This document shows, piece by piece, positions 29,752 to 40,200 of a stretch of 64,000 nucleotides of DNA. The notes beneath the pieces are model-generated. The model was not told the DNA's origin. It saw only the letters and a list, made by a program, of their open reading frames with translations, and searched no databases. Made by a program: the position numbers and the translations under genes. The stretch comes from Bacteroidia bacterium. Its GTDB lineage: Bacteria; Bacteroidota; Bacteroidia; M30B66. The DNA lies in NCBI GenBank assembly GCA_965279035.1, contig OZ257142.1:2880001-2944000 (forward strand), given 5' to 3'. Within the stretch, counting starts at the first letter, position 1. The number at the start of each line of letters is the position of its first letter.

Positions 29752-32040
29752 ATGAAGATTAATCCTATCCATGTATTTATTTCATTTTGCATTTTACTTT
29801 CTAGTTCAATTTTCGCTCAATTGCCCGATTTCGGTCCGGCATTTTTGCAAAACGAAGTTGCGACTGTTCGTATCACAATAAATCCAGATTCACTCGATGC
29901 ATTGTTGTCGTCGGAATTTGCTGGAACAGATCGCGAATTCCCAGCTACCTTTAAATACGAAAGCAGTGTTTTAACCGATTCTGTTGCTGAAATTGGATTT
30001 CGCCTTCGTGGAAATACGAGTATCAACTCAGACAAGAAATCGTTCAAGGTTTCGTTCAATACCTATCAATCGGCTAAATGGCAAGGGCTAGAAAAACTCA
30101 ACCTAAATGGAAGTGCCAACGATCCTTCGATGATTCGCGCCAAGTTATGTTGGGATATTATTCGTGATGCCGATTTACCGGGTGCTCGCACATCATTCGT
30201 TAAGTTGTATATCAATGGTGAATACCGTGGTTTGTATTCGAACATCGAACATATCGACGAGAATTTTGCCGATTTGTACTTTCCGCAAAGTCAGTATAGC
30301 ACACAGTTTAAATGTTTGTATCCTGCTACGTTGGAATATATTAGCTCCAATCCGAACGATTATAATTACATTCAATTTGATCGTCGCCCCTATGACCAAA
30401 CCACGAACGATTACACCAACGATTACCGTGAATTAGCCGAATTTATCACCATTCTTAACCAAACTTCTTTATCGAATTTGCCCTGTGCTTTAGAGCGCCG
30501 ATTTGATGTGGATAGCTATTTACGTTATGCGGCTTTGGATGTATTGACGGGCAATTGGGACGGTTATATTTACAACAAGAACAATTTCTATTTGCAGAAA
30601 GATTATCAAACCGGGCGTTTTCATTTTATACCGTATGATTTAGACAATACGCTAGGAATCGATTGGGTTGGACAAGATTGGACCACCCGCAATGTGATGA
30701 GCTGGGCACCTTCGAGCGAGAATCGACCTTTGTTCAAACGTTTGTTGCAGGTTCCAGAATATTCGTCACGTTACCAAAATTACATTCGCGAGTTTGCAGC
30801 TTCCGTTTTTCATCCCGATAGCATTGCAGCGAAATCGGCATCTAAGTTAGCATTGATTCAAGATGCTGCAGTAAATGACACGTATCGCACCTTGGATTTT
30901 GGATTTACCTATGATGATTTTTTGAATTCTGCCAGCAGTGCTTGGGGCAGTCATGTAGCTTATGGGATAAATGATTATGCTGCTTTACGAGTGGCTTCTG
31001 CTTTAAATCAAACTACGGCTTCGCAGCAGGTAGCGCATTTAACGGGTGGTTGGATAAAAGTGAATTCTTCTTTAGCGTATGCTCAACTAAACGGACAGGT
31101 AAACGGACTCGTTCAAATTGAAGTAAGTGTTTTAAGTGATATGTCTGCGATACTAGCTACATATACCTTACATGACGATGGGCTATCTCCTGACTTGACT
31201 GCCGATGATGGACTTTATTCGGGTGATTTACCATTTCCACCATTTGAAACAGACCAAATTTATTATCGTTTTCGTTACCAAGAAACGGGTAGTTCTATAA
31301 CTCAATTATGGCCATGTGGTTCGCGTGTATTTTTCATAAATGCATCAAGCGATAATTTACTTAACGAATTGATGAGCGACAATAGCTCTTGCATACCCGA
31401 TGAAGCAGGTGATTTTTCTGATTGGATTGAATTGTATAATAGTCAGGCAAGTACTTTCAGCATTGATGGATATTATCTTTCCAACAAGCAGAATTACCTC
31501 AACAAATGGCCTATGCCGAATGTGTCGATACCAAGTCATGGCTTTAAACTTTTATGGGCAAATAGTGATGAAGAGCTTAGTCGCAACAATGTGAATTTTA
31601 AACTTTCTGCAACGGGCGACACACTCTTGTTGCATCGCAAAGCGGATGATACCTATCAATTAGTAGATCAGGTAATTATTCCTGCATTGGATGTCAATGA
31701 AAGTTATGGTTTGCAAACAGATGGTGGAAATCAGTGGATGGTGTTTGCAGCCAATCTCACCACAGCAAACGAATCGAATAATACGAGCGGATTGTATTTT
31801 TTATCACAATTGAAATGTGGCATTTTCCCTAACCCAACGAATGGAGCACTCACCATTCAATTGGATAGTGAAACAGGTGAAATTAGTTTGTATTCACTCA
31901 CAGGCCAATTAATGATGAGTAAAAGTTTAAGTATGAATTCTACAATATCATTATCTGAACTTGCTGCTGGTACTTATCTGATTGAGGTACAAACAAAAAT
32001 GGGAATTGTAAAACGAGAACGGATTGTATTGATTCACTAA
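29752..32040 (+). CDS. CotH kinase family protein with lamin-tail-like domain and T9SS CTD
   Basis: RLRGNTS..KKSFK, YRGLYSNIEHID, GNWDGY..NNFYL, PYDLDNT; NELMSDN..DWIELYN; IFPNPT CTD; start ATG 29752 inferred. Confidence 0.88.
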   Translation: MKINPIHVFISFCILLSSSIFAQLPDFGPAFLQNEVATVRITINPDSLDALLSSEFAGTDREFPATFKYESSVLTDSVAEIGFRLRGNTSINSDKKSFKVSFNTYQSAKWQGLEKLNLNGSANDPSMIRAKLCWDIIRDADLPGARTSFVKLYINGEYRGLYSNIEHIDENFADLYFPQSQYSTQFKCLYPATLEYISSNPNDYNYIQFDRRPYDQTTNDYTNDYRELAEFITILNQTSLSNLPCALERRFDVDSYLRYAALDVLTGNWDGYIYNKNNFYLQKDYQTGRFHFIPYDLDNTLGIDWVGQDWTTRNVMSWAPSSENRPLFKRLLQVPEYSSRYQNYIREFAASVFHPDSIAAKSASKLALIQDAAVNDTYRTLDFGFTYDDFLNSASSAWGSHVAYGINDYAALRVASALNQTTASQQVAHLTGGWIKVNSSLAYAQLNGQVNGLVQIEVSVLSDMSAILATYTLHDDGLSPDLTADDGLYSGDLPFPPFETDQIYYRFRYQETGSSITQLWPCGSRVFFINASSDNLLNELMSDNSSCIPDEAGDFSDWIELYNSQASTFSIDGYYLSNKQNYLNKWPMPNVSIPSHGFKLLWANSDEELSRNNVNFKLSATGDTLLLHRKADDTYQLVDQVIIPALDVNESYGLQTDGGNQWMVFAANLTTANESNNTSGLYFLSQLKCGIFPNPTNGALTIQLDSETGEISLYSLTGQLMMSKSLSMNSTISLSELAAGTYLIEVQTKMGIVKRERIVLIH

Positions 32041-32041
32041 A

Positions 32042-33352
32042 ATGATAAGACTTCGGTTTTTATTAATTGGATTCTGTGCCTTTGCTCATATTAGCAATGC
32101 ACAGAATCTATTACCCAATCCCAGCTTTGAAAATATAACAACATGTATTCCGCCTAATACTGACTGGCAATGGAATCTGACCAATTGGATGGTGATGAAT
32201 ACAGGTGGCACACCTGATGCCTATAATAAGTGCAATGACTCCACTTTCAATAGCAACCCGCCTTACCTTTATAATCCTTGTTATTGGGTGCCCTATTCTT
32301 GGCTAACTTATCAATATCCTAATAATGGCAATGGATTTTTGGGGTTGTACTATGGTTTGTATTATAATCGTCATGATACACTTCCATATTTTAATCAAGG
32401 ACGAGAGTATATTGTAGCTTTATTAAATCAAAATTTGATTACTGGTCAGCAATATTGTTTAGGAGGTTGGATGAACAATATGAATCTTCGATATGTACCC
32501 AATTCCAACAAATACTGGACTGTATTTTCTAATCAGGCCTCATTAGGATTCCATTCTACTTTGCCTAACTTATCTGATACTTGGCTATTTTCGAGTATTG
32601 ATCATAAATGTCGCCTTACAAAAGAAGATTCAACTCTAATTACCGACACACTTAATTGGGAACATATTCGAACCCCATATGTTGCTGAAGGAAATGAAAA
32701 GTATGTAGTATTAGGTAATCTATTTTCAGATACTCTATCTGGCTTTCAATTAGCCACCAACTATAATATTGACTCACTTTACAGCTTGCCAATTTCAGAT
32801 AACTTAATATTCCTCTATAGTACTTTTGTCTACTTCTATTTCGACGATATGTATATTGTTCCCATACAAGAACCGCAAATACATGTAGCACTTTCAGATA
32901 CTCCCGGTTTTGTTTGGTTAATCGATACCACCTTTCAAGAAGAAAGAAGTTGGTACAAAACAGGCGATGACTTAGTGCTTGGAAATGGTGATAGTTTGTA
33001 TTTGCAAGTTAGTGACGGCTCTTCATACACGCTACACACTAGAAATTGTCGGGTTGAATTGAGCGATACGATGGTGATTGATTTAAGTGGGTTAGAAAAA
33101 ATTGACAAATCATCCATTCATCTTTTCCCCAATCCTTCCAATAACTCTATCACACTTCAAAGTCCTTTAATTAAATCGGGTGCTAATTTATTTTTAAGAG
33201 ATATTTCAGGTAGATTAATTCATCAATTAAAAATTCAAGAGCTTAATCAAATTGAATTAAATACACAGAATTTAGCTGATGGGATTTATCTTTTTCAAAT
33301 TATTGGATTAGATGGAAAACAGGTAAGGGAGAGGTTTGTTGTTCAGCACTAG
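32042..33352 (+). CDS. T9SS type A cargo protein, unknown function (QNLLPNPSFE N-terminal family)
   Basis: Signal peptide, NLLPNPSFE, GREY, AEGNEKYVVLGN, YFYFDD; LFPNPS..LADGIYL CTD. Confidence 0.8.
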   Translation: MIRLRFLLIGFCAFAHISNAQNLLPNPSFENITTCIPPNTDWQWNLTNWMVMNTGGTPDAYNKCNDSTFNSNPPYLYNPCYWVPYSWLTYQYPNNGNGFLGLYYGLYYNRHDTLPYFNQGREYIVALLNQNLITGQQYCLGGWMNNMNLRYVPNSNKYWTVFSNQASLGFHSTLPNLSDTWLFSSIDHKCRLTKEDSTLITDTLNWEHIRTPYVAEGNEKYVVLGNLFSDTLSGFQLATNYNIDSLYSLPISDNLIFLYSTFVYFYFDDMYIVPIQEPQIHVALSDTPGFVWLIDTTFQEERSWYKTGDDLVLGNGDSLYLQVSDGSSYTLHTRNCRVELSDTMVIDLSGLEKIDKSSIHLFPNPSNNSITLQSPLIKSGANLFLRDISGRLIHQLKIQELNQIELNTQNLADGIYLFQIIGLDGKQVRERFVVQH

Positions 33353-33432
33353 AAGAGTGGAAAAGTGGAAAGTAGAAAAGTGAAAAAGTAAAAAGTGGAA
33401 AGTGGAAAGTGGAAAGTGATATAGTATAAAGT
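33353..33432 (+). repeat. Tandem 7-8 nt repeat (GGAAAGT-like)
   Basis: aagagtgg aaaagtgg aaagtag aaaagtg aaaaagt aaaaagt ggaaagt ggaaagt ggaaagt, starting immediately after the stop codon. Confidence 0.85.
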
Positions 33433-33454
33433 TTCTAATGCTCATCATTAACAA

Positions 33455-33489
33455 CTCGTAATACTTTGTACTTATTACTAAATACGATT
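33455..33489. repeat. Heptamer tract (TACTnnn)
   Basis: ctcgtaa tactttg tacttat tactaaa tacgatt. Confidence 0.55.
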
Positions 33490-33552
33490 TAAGAAAAATT
33501 GCTTTGTATTTAAATATTGGATCTGTTATTCTCATTTCAATAAATCATGAAT

Positions 33553-33864
33553 TTACTCATGTAATTGAGGGATTTTATTTTTTACAACATCCCAAACAAT
33601 GGAATAATTATCTCCAATATAATCATGGATTAATCTATCTCGCATTCCTGCCATATTCTTCCATTGGATGGAATTCCACTTCAATTTATAATCTGCAGGA
33701 ATTTTCTTTGTCGCTTCTCCAATGACTTCTAAACTTCGAGTTACAGCGCGCTTTAGTACTTCATCGGCAATAAATTCATCTTTAGATAAATTTTTACTAG
33801 TCGATACGATAAACTCACATTCATCATAAATATGTCGAAGATATTCTATGGGATCTTTAGACAT
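33553..33864 (-). CDS. HEPN/DUF86 (HepT-like) RNase toxin, possibly slightly 3'-truncated
   Basis: AVTRSLEVIGEA, W..MAGMRDRLIHDY (Rx4H). Confidence 0.85.
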   Translation of the reverse strand: MSKDPIEYLRHIYDECEFIVSTSKNLSKDEFIADEVLKRAVTRSLEVIGEATKKIPADYKLKWNSIQWKNMAGMRDRLIHDYIGDNYSIVWDVVKNKIPQLHE

Positions 33865-34156
33865 AGTGTACTTCTTTCAAAATAGAAGGACCTATATATG
33901 GACTCAAACCATTCTTAGTGACTACTTCAATTTTTTCACCTTGAAAGAGTTGCTCTAAAATATCATAGACAGCCATGAAATTATCAAAGCTTTCTGCATC
34001 CGGCTCGAAATCAAGCAAAACATCAATATCACTATTCGAAACTTCTTCCCCTCGAGAATAAGAACCAAACAATCCAACATTTCGAATACCTAATTTTGAG
34101 AATTCCGGCTTGCGGCTTCTCAATGCAATGAGTATGTTTTCTTTAGTTGTCATCAC
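33857..34156 (-). CDS. Minimal nucleotidyltransferase (MNT) antitoxin
   Basis: LFGSYSRGE...SDIDVL; overlaps the HEPN start. Confidence 0.9.
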   Translation of the reverse strand: MMTTKENILIALRSRKPEFSKLGIRNVGLFGSYSRGEEVSNSDIDVLLDFEPDAESFDNFMAVYDILEQLFQGEKIEVVTKNGLSPYIGPSILKEVHYV

Positions 34157-34255
34157 GCTTTATACACAAATATACAAAGTTTGTTTCCCATAACTAGCAA
34201 GGGATTTAAGTCGAGAATTCAATTCCTAATCGCAATTTTACTTTCAATCTATATA

Positions 34256-34287
34256 TCATAATACTTAATTCTCACTACTTAATACTC
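34256..34287. repeat. Heptamer tract abutting the stop of the giant PKD gene
   Basis: tcataat acttaat tctcact acttaat actc. Confidence 0.55.
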
Positions 34288-37200
34288 CTAATATATCACC
34301 GTCACATTCCCATAAATTTCCTTCACTTCATCTAAGCTAAAACCTAGCACTACTTTATACACATACACGTCCTGCTTGATTGGTTTCTTGCCATTGTTAT
34401 ATAAAGTTCCATCCCATTTTTCGTCTTTATTAAATGTTTCGAAAACAAGGTGGCCCCAACGATCAAAAATGAGGAAGTCGAATACTTTAGGTGTTTCGAG
34501 TAATACTGGACCAAAGGAGTCGTTTTTCCCATCACCATTTGGAGTAAACGAACTCGGAATGTAGATGCTTGGTGCTGGCGCTACTTTCAATGCGTGCTGA
34601 ACCGTATCGGGACAATTGAAGCTGTTGTTAGCAATCAATGTGATGATGAATTCTGATTCTGCGGTGATGTCGTAAATATGCTGATTGATAAAGTCGGGGT
34701 AAGTGGATCCATCGCCCATATCGAATTCGAAACTGTTCGCTCCGGTGCTCATGTTTTCGAATTGAGCTAATGGGTATGATGTAGCAATCTCATCCGGACT
34801 CACGGTAAATTCTGCATGTGCGTTGGGATAAACCACTACGGCACTAGTTACAAGTGTATCGCTAGCACATTGATCCTGACTGGTGATACGCATGGTGATA
34901 TCGTACACGCCTGGTTCAGTGTATTGATGTTGAGTTGTTGGTCCGCCCATGCCGGTTGTTCCATCACCAAAATCCCATTCCCAAGTATCGCCATATTGAG
35001 TGAACGATTCAAATTCAATGTCCATTGGTGCACATCCGGCAGGAGGAGTAATGCGTAAATCATTGACCGGTTGACCAATCACTTCGAAGTATGACTGTGT
35101 TGTATCGGAGCAAGAATATTCATTCGAAACGACCAAGGAAACCTGCTTCATTCCGGTATCGGCAAAGGTTAAGAGTGGTTCGAATAACATCGAAGTCTGA
35201 TTCTCCCACGTCCAGATATACGCCATTCCAGCGCTTGATTGATTCTGAACTCCGGTTGATGCAGGCGGTCCACACGCTGAATTCGCATCCAAAGTAAAAC
35301 TGCTTAATGGCTTAGGGAATACGTCGATTTCTACTTGCGCTTGAGCTGGACAATCGAGGTTAGCTGCAAAATTGAAATTATGAGCCGTGATCGTAGCCAG
35401 ATACGTTCCTTGTCCTAGGTAATTGGTAGATGGAGAAAAGGCGGTTGAAGTAAATCCATTTCCAAAATCCCATTCCTGACTGGTTGAAAATTGCGTCGAA
35501 TTCGTGAAGGTTACATGCAATGGCATACAACCTTGAACTGGATCGGCAAGGAAGTCGATTTGAGGAACGGCATCTACCTGAACTTGCTGGTATGTAGTAT
35601 CAGGACAACCAAAAACAGGAGAATAACCAATCAGTCGAATTTGGAAATTCCCTTGTGCTGGATAGAGATACGGAGGTTCAAAACCTACGGCATCTTCCCC
35701 ATTTCCAAAGGTCCAGCTATAGGCAGCCGAACCAGTAGAAAGGTTGTTGATGCTTAACGTGGTTCCGAGGCAGATCACATTTTCGTCGAGCGTAAAAGCT
35801 ACATCGGGCGCAGCATATACAAGCACGTTAGCATAGGAAGTATCAATCGAACAGGCATCTTTAGCTACTAAGGAAATGGTGAAATTCCCGCCTGTTGTAT
35901 AGGTATGCGAAATGTCTTCGGCAGTTTGAAGTGGACTACCATCGCCAAAATCCCAGAGATAATCAGTTGCACCAGCAGAAATATTGGTGAAATTAACTGG
36001 AAGCGGAGCGCAACCCCAAGGTGGATCGGTATTGAAGAAAGACGTCACCGTATTAGGTAAAGCGGTGATGTATAGGAGCATGGTATCGATGCGACAACCA
36101 TTTTCAACAATCAAACGCGTTGCATATACACTCGTATCGTTGTTTTGGGCAATAAAACCATGTCCAACTGGAACGGTATCGGTGCTTGTAGTTCCGTCGC
36201 CTAATTCCCAGAAAAACGAATCGGGCTGACCGTAACTCAAATTGCTAAATACCGGAACAAAAGGAGAACAACCCGTTTGTGCATCCACCGTAAAGACTGG
36301 TGTTGGTGAAACACGTGCAAACACAGGCAATTCGTAATCATCGGCGCCACACAAATTCTGCACGTTCACATGCACCAGATAGGTGGTATCGTGCAGTACG
36401 GGCATAGGTAGCAAAATGGTATCGGGCAATGGTTGATTGTTCGAATACACGCCAGTTACCGACCAAGTAAAGGAAGGAGCAAATCCAACCGATATATTCG
36501 TTAAAACAATTGGCGCTGGAGCACACACCGTATCGGCCGACATAGTGAATTCAGCAGTAGGCGGATCTACCGAAAGTACAGTCGCTTGAATGGTGTCTTT
36601 ACAACCAGTGGCAGTTGTGATGATCAGCTGAATGGAATACGTTCCTGTATCCACAAAGGTGATGGCAGGAGAAGCATTGGTAGAACTGAGAATGGTGCTT
36701 AGATTTTCATCTAGAACAGTCCATTCCGATTGAAACGCACCCGGAAAAGATGTATCTCCTACTGAAGTCTGAATTAGATTGTATGGTGCATTATGGCAAA
36801 ATGCTGCGGGCAAACTCAAACTCGCCTGAGGCATTGGATGAACCAAATACAACAAGGTATCACGGTTGACACATCCAGTTACTGGTTGCGTATAAGTATA
36901 AATGAGTTGGTTTGTTCCTGGCGGACTTAACTGCGGACAATATGTTCCAGTAGCCGATATACTCCCCTGCCCTGCCCAGAATCCCGTTGCAGGAGGCAAT
37001 CCATTTCCATTTACAGGTTGAAATTGATCCAGTTGAAGACAAGCTGCATTGATACAATCGACCCGATCGGGACCAGCTTTTACGATAGGTAAAGCATGTA
37101 CCTGAACGGTGATGGTATCCCAGGTTTGACAACCGAAAGTTCCGTAAGTATAAACAGCAATACTCGTATCGGCTAAGTTGCCAGAGAATGTTCCATTTGC

Positions 37201-40200
37201 ATTTAGCCACGATGGAAAAACCCATGAACCACCAGCAGGAGTTGCTTGTAGAGTATAGGTTGTATCGGCATCGTGACAAAATTGAATATCGGCTCCGCCA
37301 TTAGCACTGGCATAGGTTGGTGCTATAACTACAGCTGGAATTATGCTATCCGAAACGCAGCCAAATCCATTGGTATAGGTGTATGTGAGATTGGTTGTTC
37401 CGATGTTTGGAGTAACGAAAACATATCCGCCACCTGAGGAACTAACACCATTTCCTGTCCATACACCGCCAGCTGGTAAAGCCGTTACCAAACCTAAACT
37501 GTTTATGAAACTGGTGAAACAATAATCTAACTGAGTACTTCCAAAGCTAATTGGCGATGGACCATGCATGCTTACTTGTAAACTATCGGTCGCCACACAG
37601 CCTGTTGCTGCAATGGTAAACTGATAATACACCCATGAATTTCCAATCGGCATTCCTGTTGGATCGAAGGCTCCAGTTGCTGTATTGGTAATCCCTGTTC
37701 CTGACCAAACACCTGTCCCACCTGTTGTGGGTGATTGTCCGCTAAGTACGATTGGAGCAGCGTTGTTACAAATAGAAACGTTATTCCCAGCATTCACTAT
37801 CGGTAGCGGATCAACAAGCACTTCGGTCGTATCACTTACACGACACGATCCAGTTCCTGTGTTGAAAATGATGTTGTATGTTCCAGCAACGAGCGGATCG
37901 AATTGTCCAGCAGCTGTAGCGCTTCCTGTCCATGTTGCAGGGACAGAAACAAAGCTTGGCGTGAAGGTGATGATTCCAGATTGTGCACAGACTTCTAGAT
38001 TCGATCCGATTGAGGTAACAGGCGGAGTGGAAACTGTGATAGTGGAAGGATCAGAAGCAGAACAACCGCTAGCATCAGTGTAATGATATACCACGTTGAA
38101 AACGCCATTTCCATTAGGTGTGAATACTCCCGCAGAACTGATTGTTGTATTGGAAGAAGTCCAAGTTCCACCGGCTGGAGTTGCTCCTGTAAGCGTTTCT
38201 GCTATTAGTTGATTACAAAACGAATAATCTGGAGCAATCACATTAGGAATCGGATTAACACTCACATCTACCACATCCGAAACCTGACAACCATACGAAT
38301 CGGTTACGGTTAATGTGATCGATTGAATTACTGGAACTGCTAATCCCGTAGCAACCGATGCATATTCTGGATTGAGAATGGTGGTTGAAGATAAACCTGT
38401 TGCAGGAGACCACTGATACACAAAAGGAGAAGTTCCGGTTCCTGCCTGCACACTTCCCGAAAGCGAAATGGTATCACCACCACACACACCAGCGTTTGCT
38501 CCAGCATTTACGACTGGCAATCCACCCACAATGACATGAATGGTATCGGATGCGGCACAAGTAGCACCCGTTTCGTAAATGTAGGTAAGCGTGAAATTGC
38601 CTGCTCCAGCAGTCGAAGGATCGAAATAGTAATTCGTACCGACATTCGATATTCCTGAACCTGTCCAGTAGGCATTAAACTGAGCTGGAGGATTGCTTGG
38701 CTGAGGCATGGGTAAAAGCACCGCAGCATCGGTAATGCAACGATGGAAACCTGTTCCTGCATTGATGCTAATAGGACTACCGACGTTAATCAGCAATGTA
38801 TCGTGATTGGTACAACCTAAGGCATCGGTATAGTGATAAAAAATTGAATCAACGCCCAGTCCACCGCTCGTGTAATTAAGTCCGACTAGTGTTCCTTGAT
38901 TACTTGGTGCAGTAGTCCATGAACCACCTGTTGCTGGGGAAAATCCGCTTAAGGTGTAAGGTACAGTTGGGCTAAAACAGATGCTTGTATCAGGTCCTGC
39001 GGTGATGACCGGAAGCGGATGAACAGTCAATTCGAACCAATTGCTCACCAAACAATGATTGGAATCGGTGACCTCAATCGTAACAGGTGCGTAGAGATTT
39101 GTTGCTCCCGGATTTCCCGGAACCATTGTTACGGTTGAATCGGATGATGAAACCAAAGCCCAAAATGCTGGATACCAAGCCCAGGTGTATGGATATAAAC
39201 CGCCACTGGCAGTTGCTACAAACGAAATGGTATCGTGGTGACATGTTTCCTGATCGGGAGGAATGACCAATGTTGGAATGGAATACACCTCAACCTGAAT
39301 GGTATCGTGCGTTTCGCAGGTGGTGTTCAATCCGATGGTGTAAACCAAATCATGAATTCCTACACCTGCTGAAGATGGAACAAATGTCGTGTCGGGCAAA
39401 CCGTAAGTAACACCGGGACCAGTCCATATTCCGCCGAAAGGCATGCCCATAGTCAAATGATACGGAATGGCATTTAAACAAAAATTAGAGTCAGGACCAG
39501 CAACAGGTAAGCTTGGTGCTAAAACAGAGATGGGTAAAAGGTCGGAATTAATACAACCTTCTGCGTCAGTATATGTGTAAAGCAATGTGTCGATACTTCC
39601 AGGAGCATCAGGCAAATAGGTATCGTTGGTGTTGAGCGTTCCTGTAAGCGGACTTGGATCTGTCCAAACACCACCTGTTGGAGTTTGAGCTAATAAAATA
39701 GCAGGTATTCCTTGAGAGCAGAGTACTAAATCGTTTCCAGCATCCACAACAGGTAAGGCATTAACACTAATCGTTACCGGATAGCCAGATGAATAACAAC
39801 CTGTAGTCGCATCGTATCCAGTAACAGTGTATTGCGTGCTTGTTCCCGGATTGGCATCAACCGTTGGACCTGTACTTCCGTTCAATCCACCCGAAGGTGA
39901 CCAAGTAAAAGTAGTTCCCGGAATATCTGCTCCCACGTTTAGGACAACCGGAGGAGAACCAGCACACATCTCAAATCCGTCATTCGCATTATTGACCGGA
40001 GATGTAGAAGTTACATTCAGGATAGGTAATGGATTGACCGTTACATCAATGTTATCGGTTGATGAACAGCCTACATCATCAGTTGCTATTAGAGTTAGCG
40101 TTTGAACAGAAGGTGATGTTCCCGAATTGCTAAGGTTGATGGTTGGATTGGATTGACTGGAAGAACCTCCAGCTCCTGACCAATTGTAAGTGTAAGGTGG

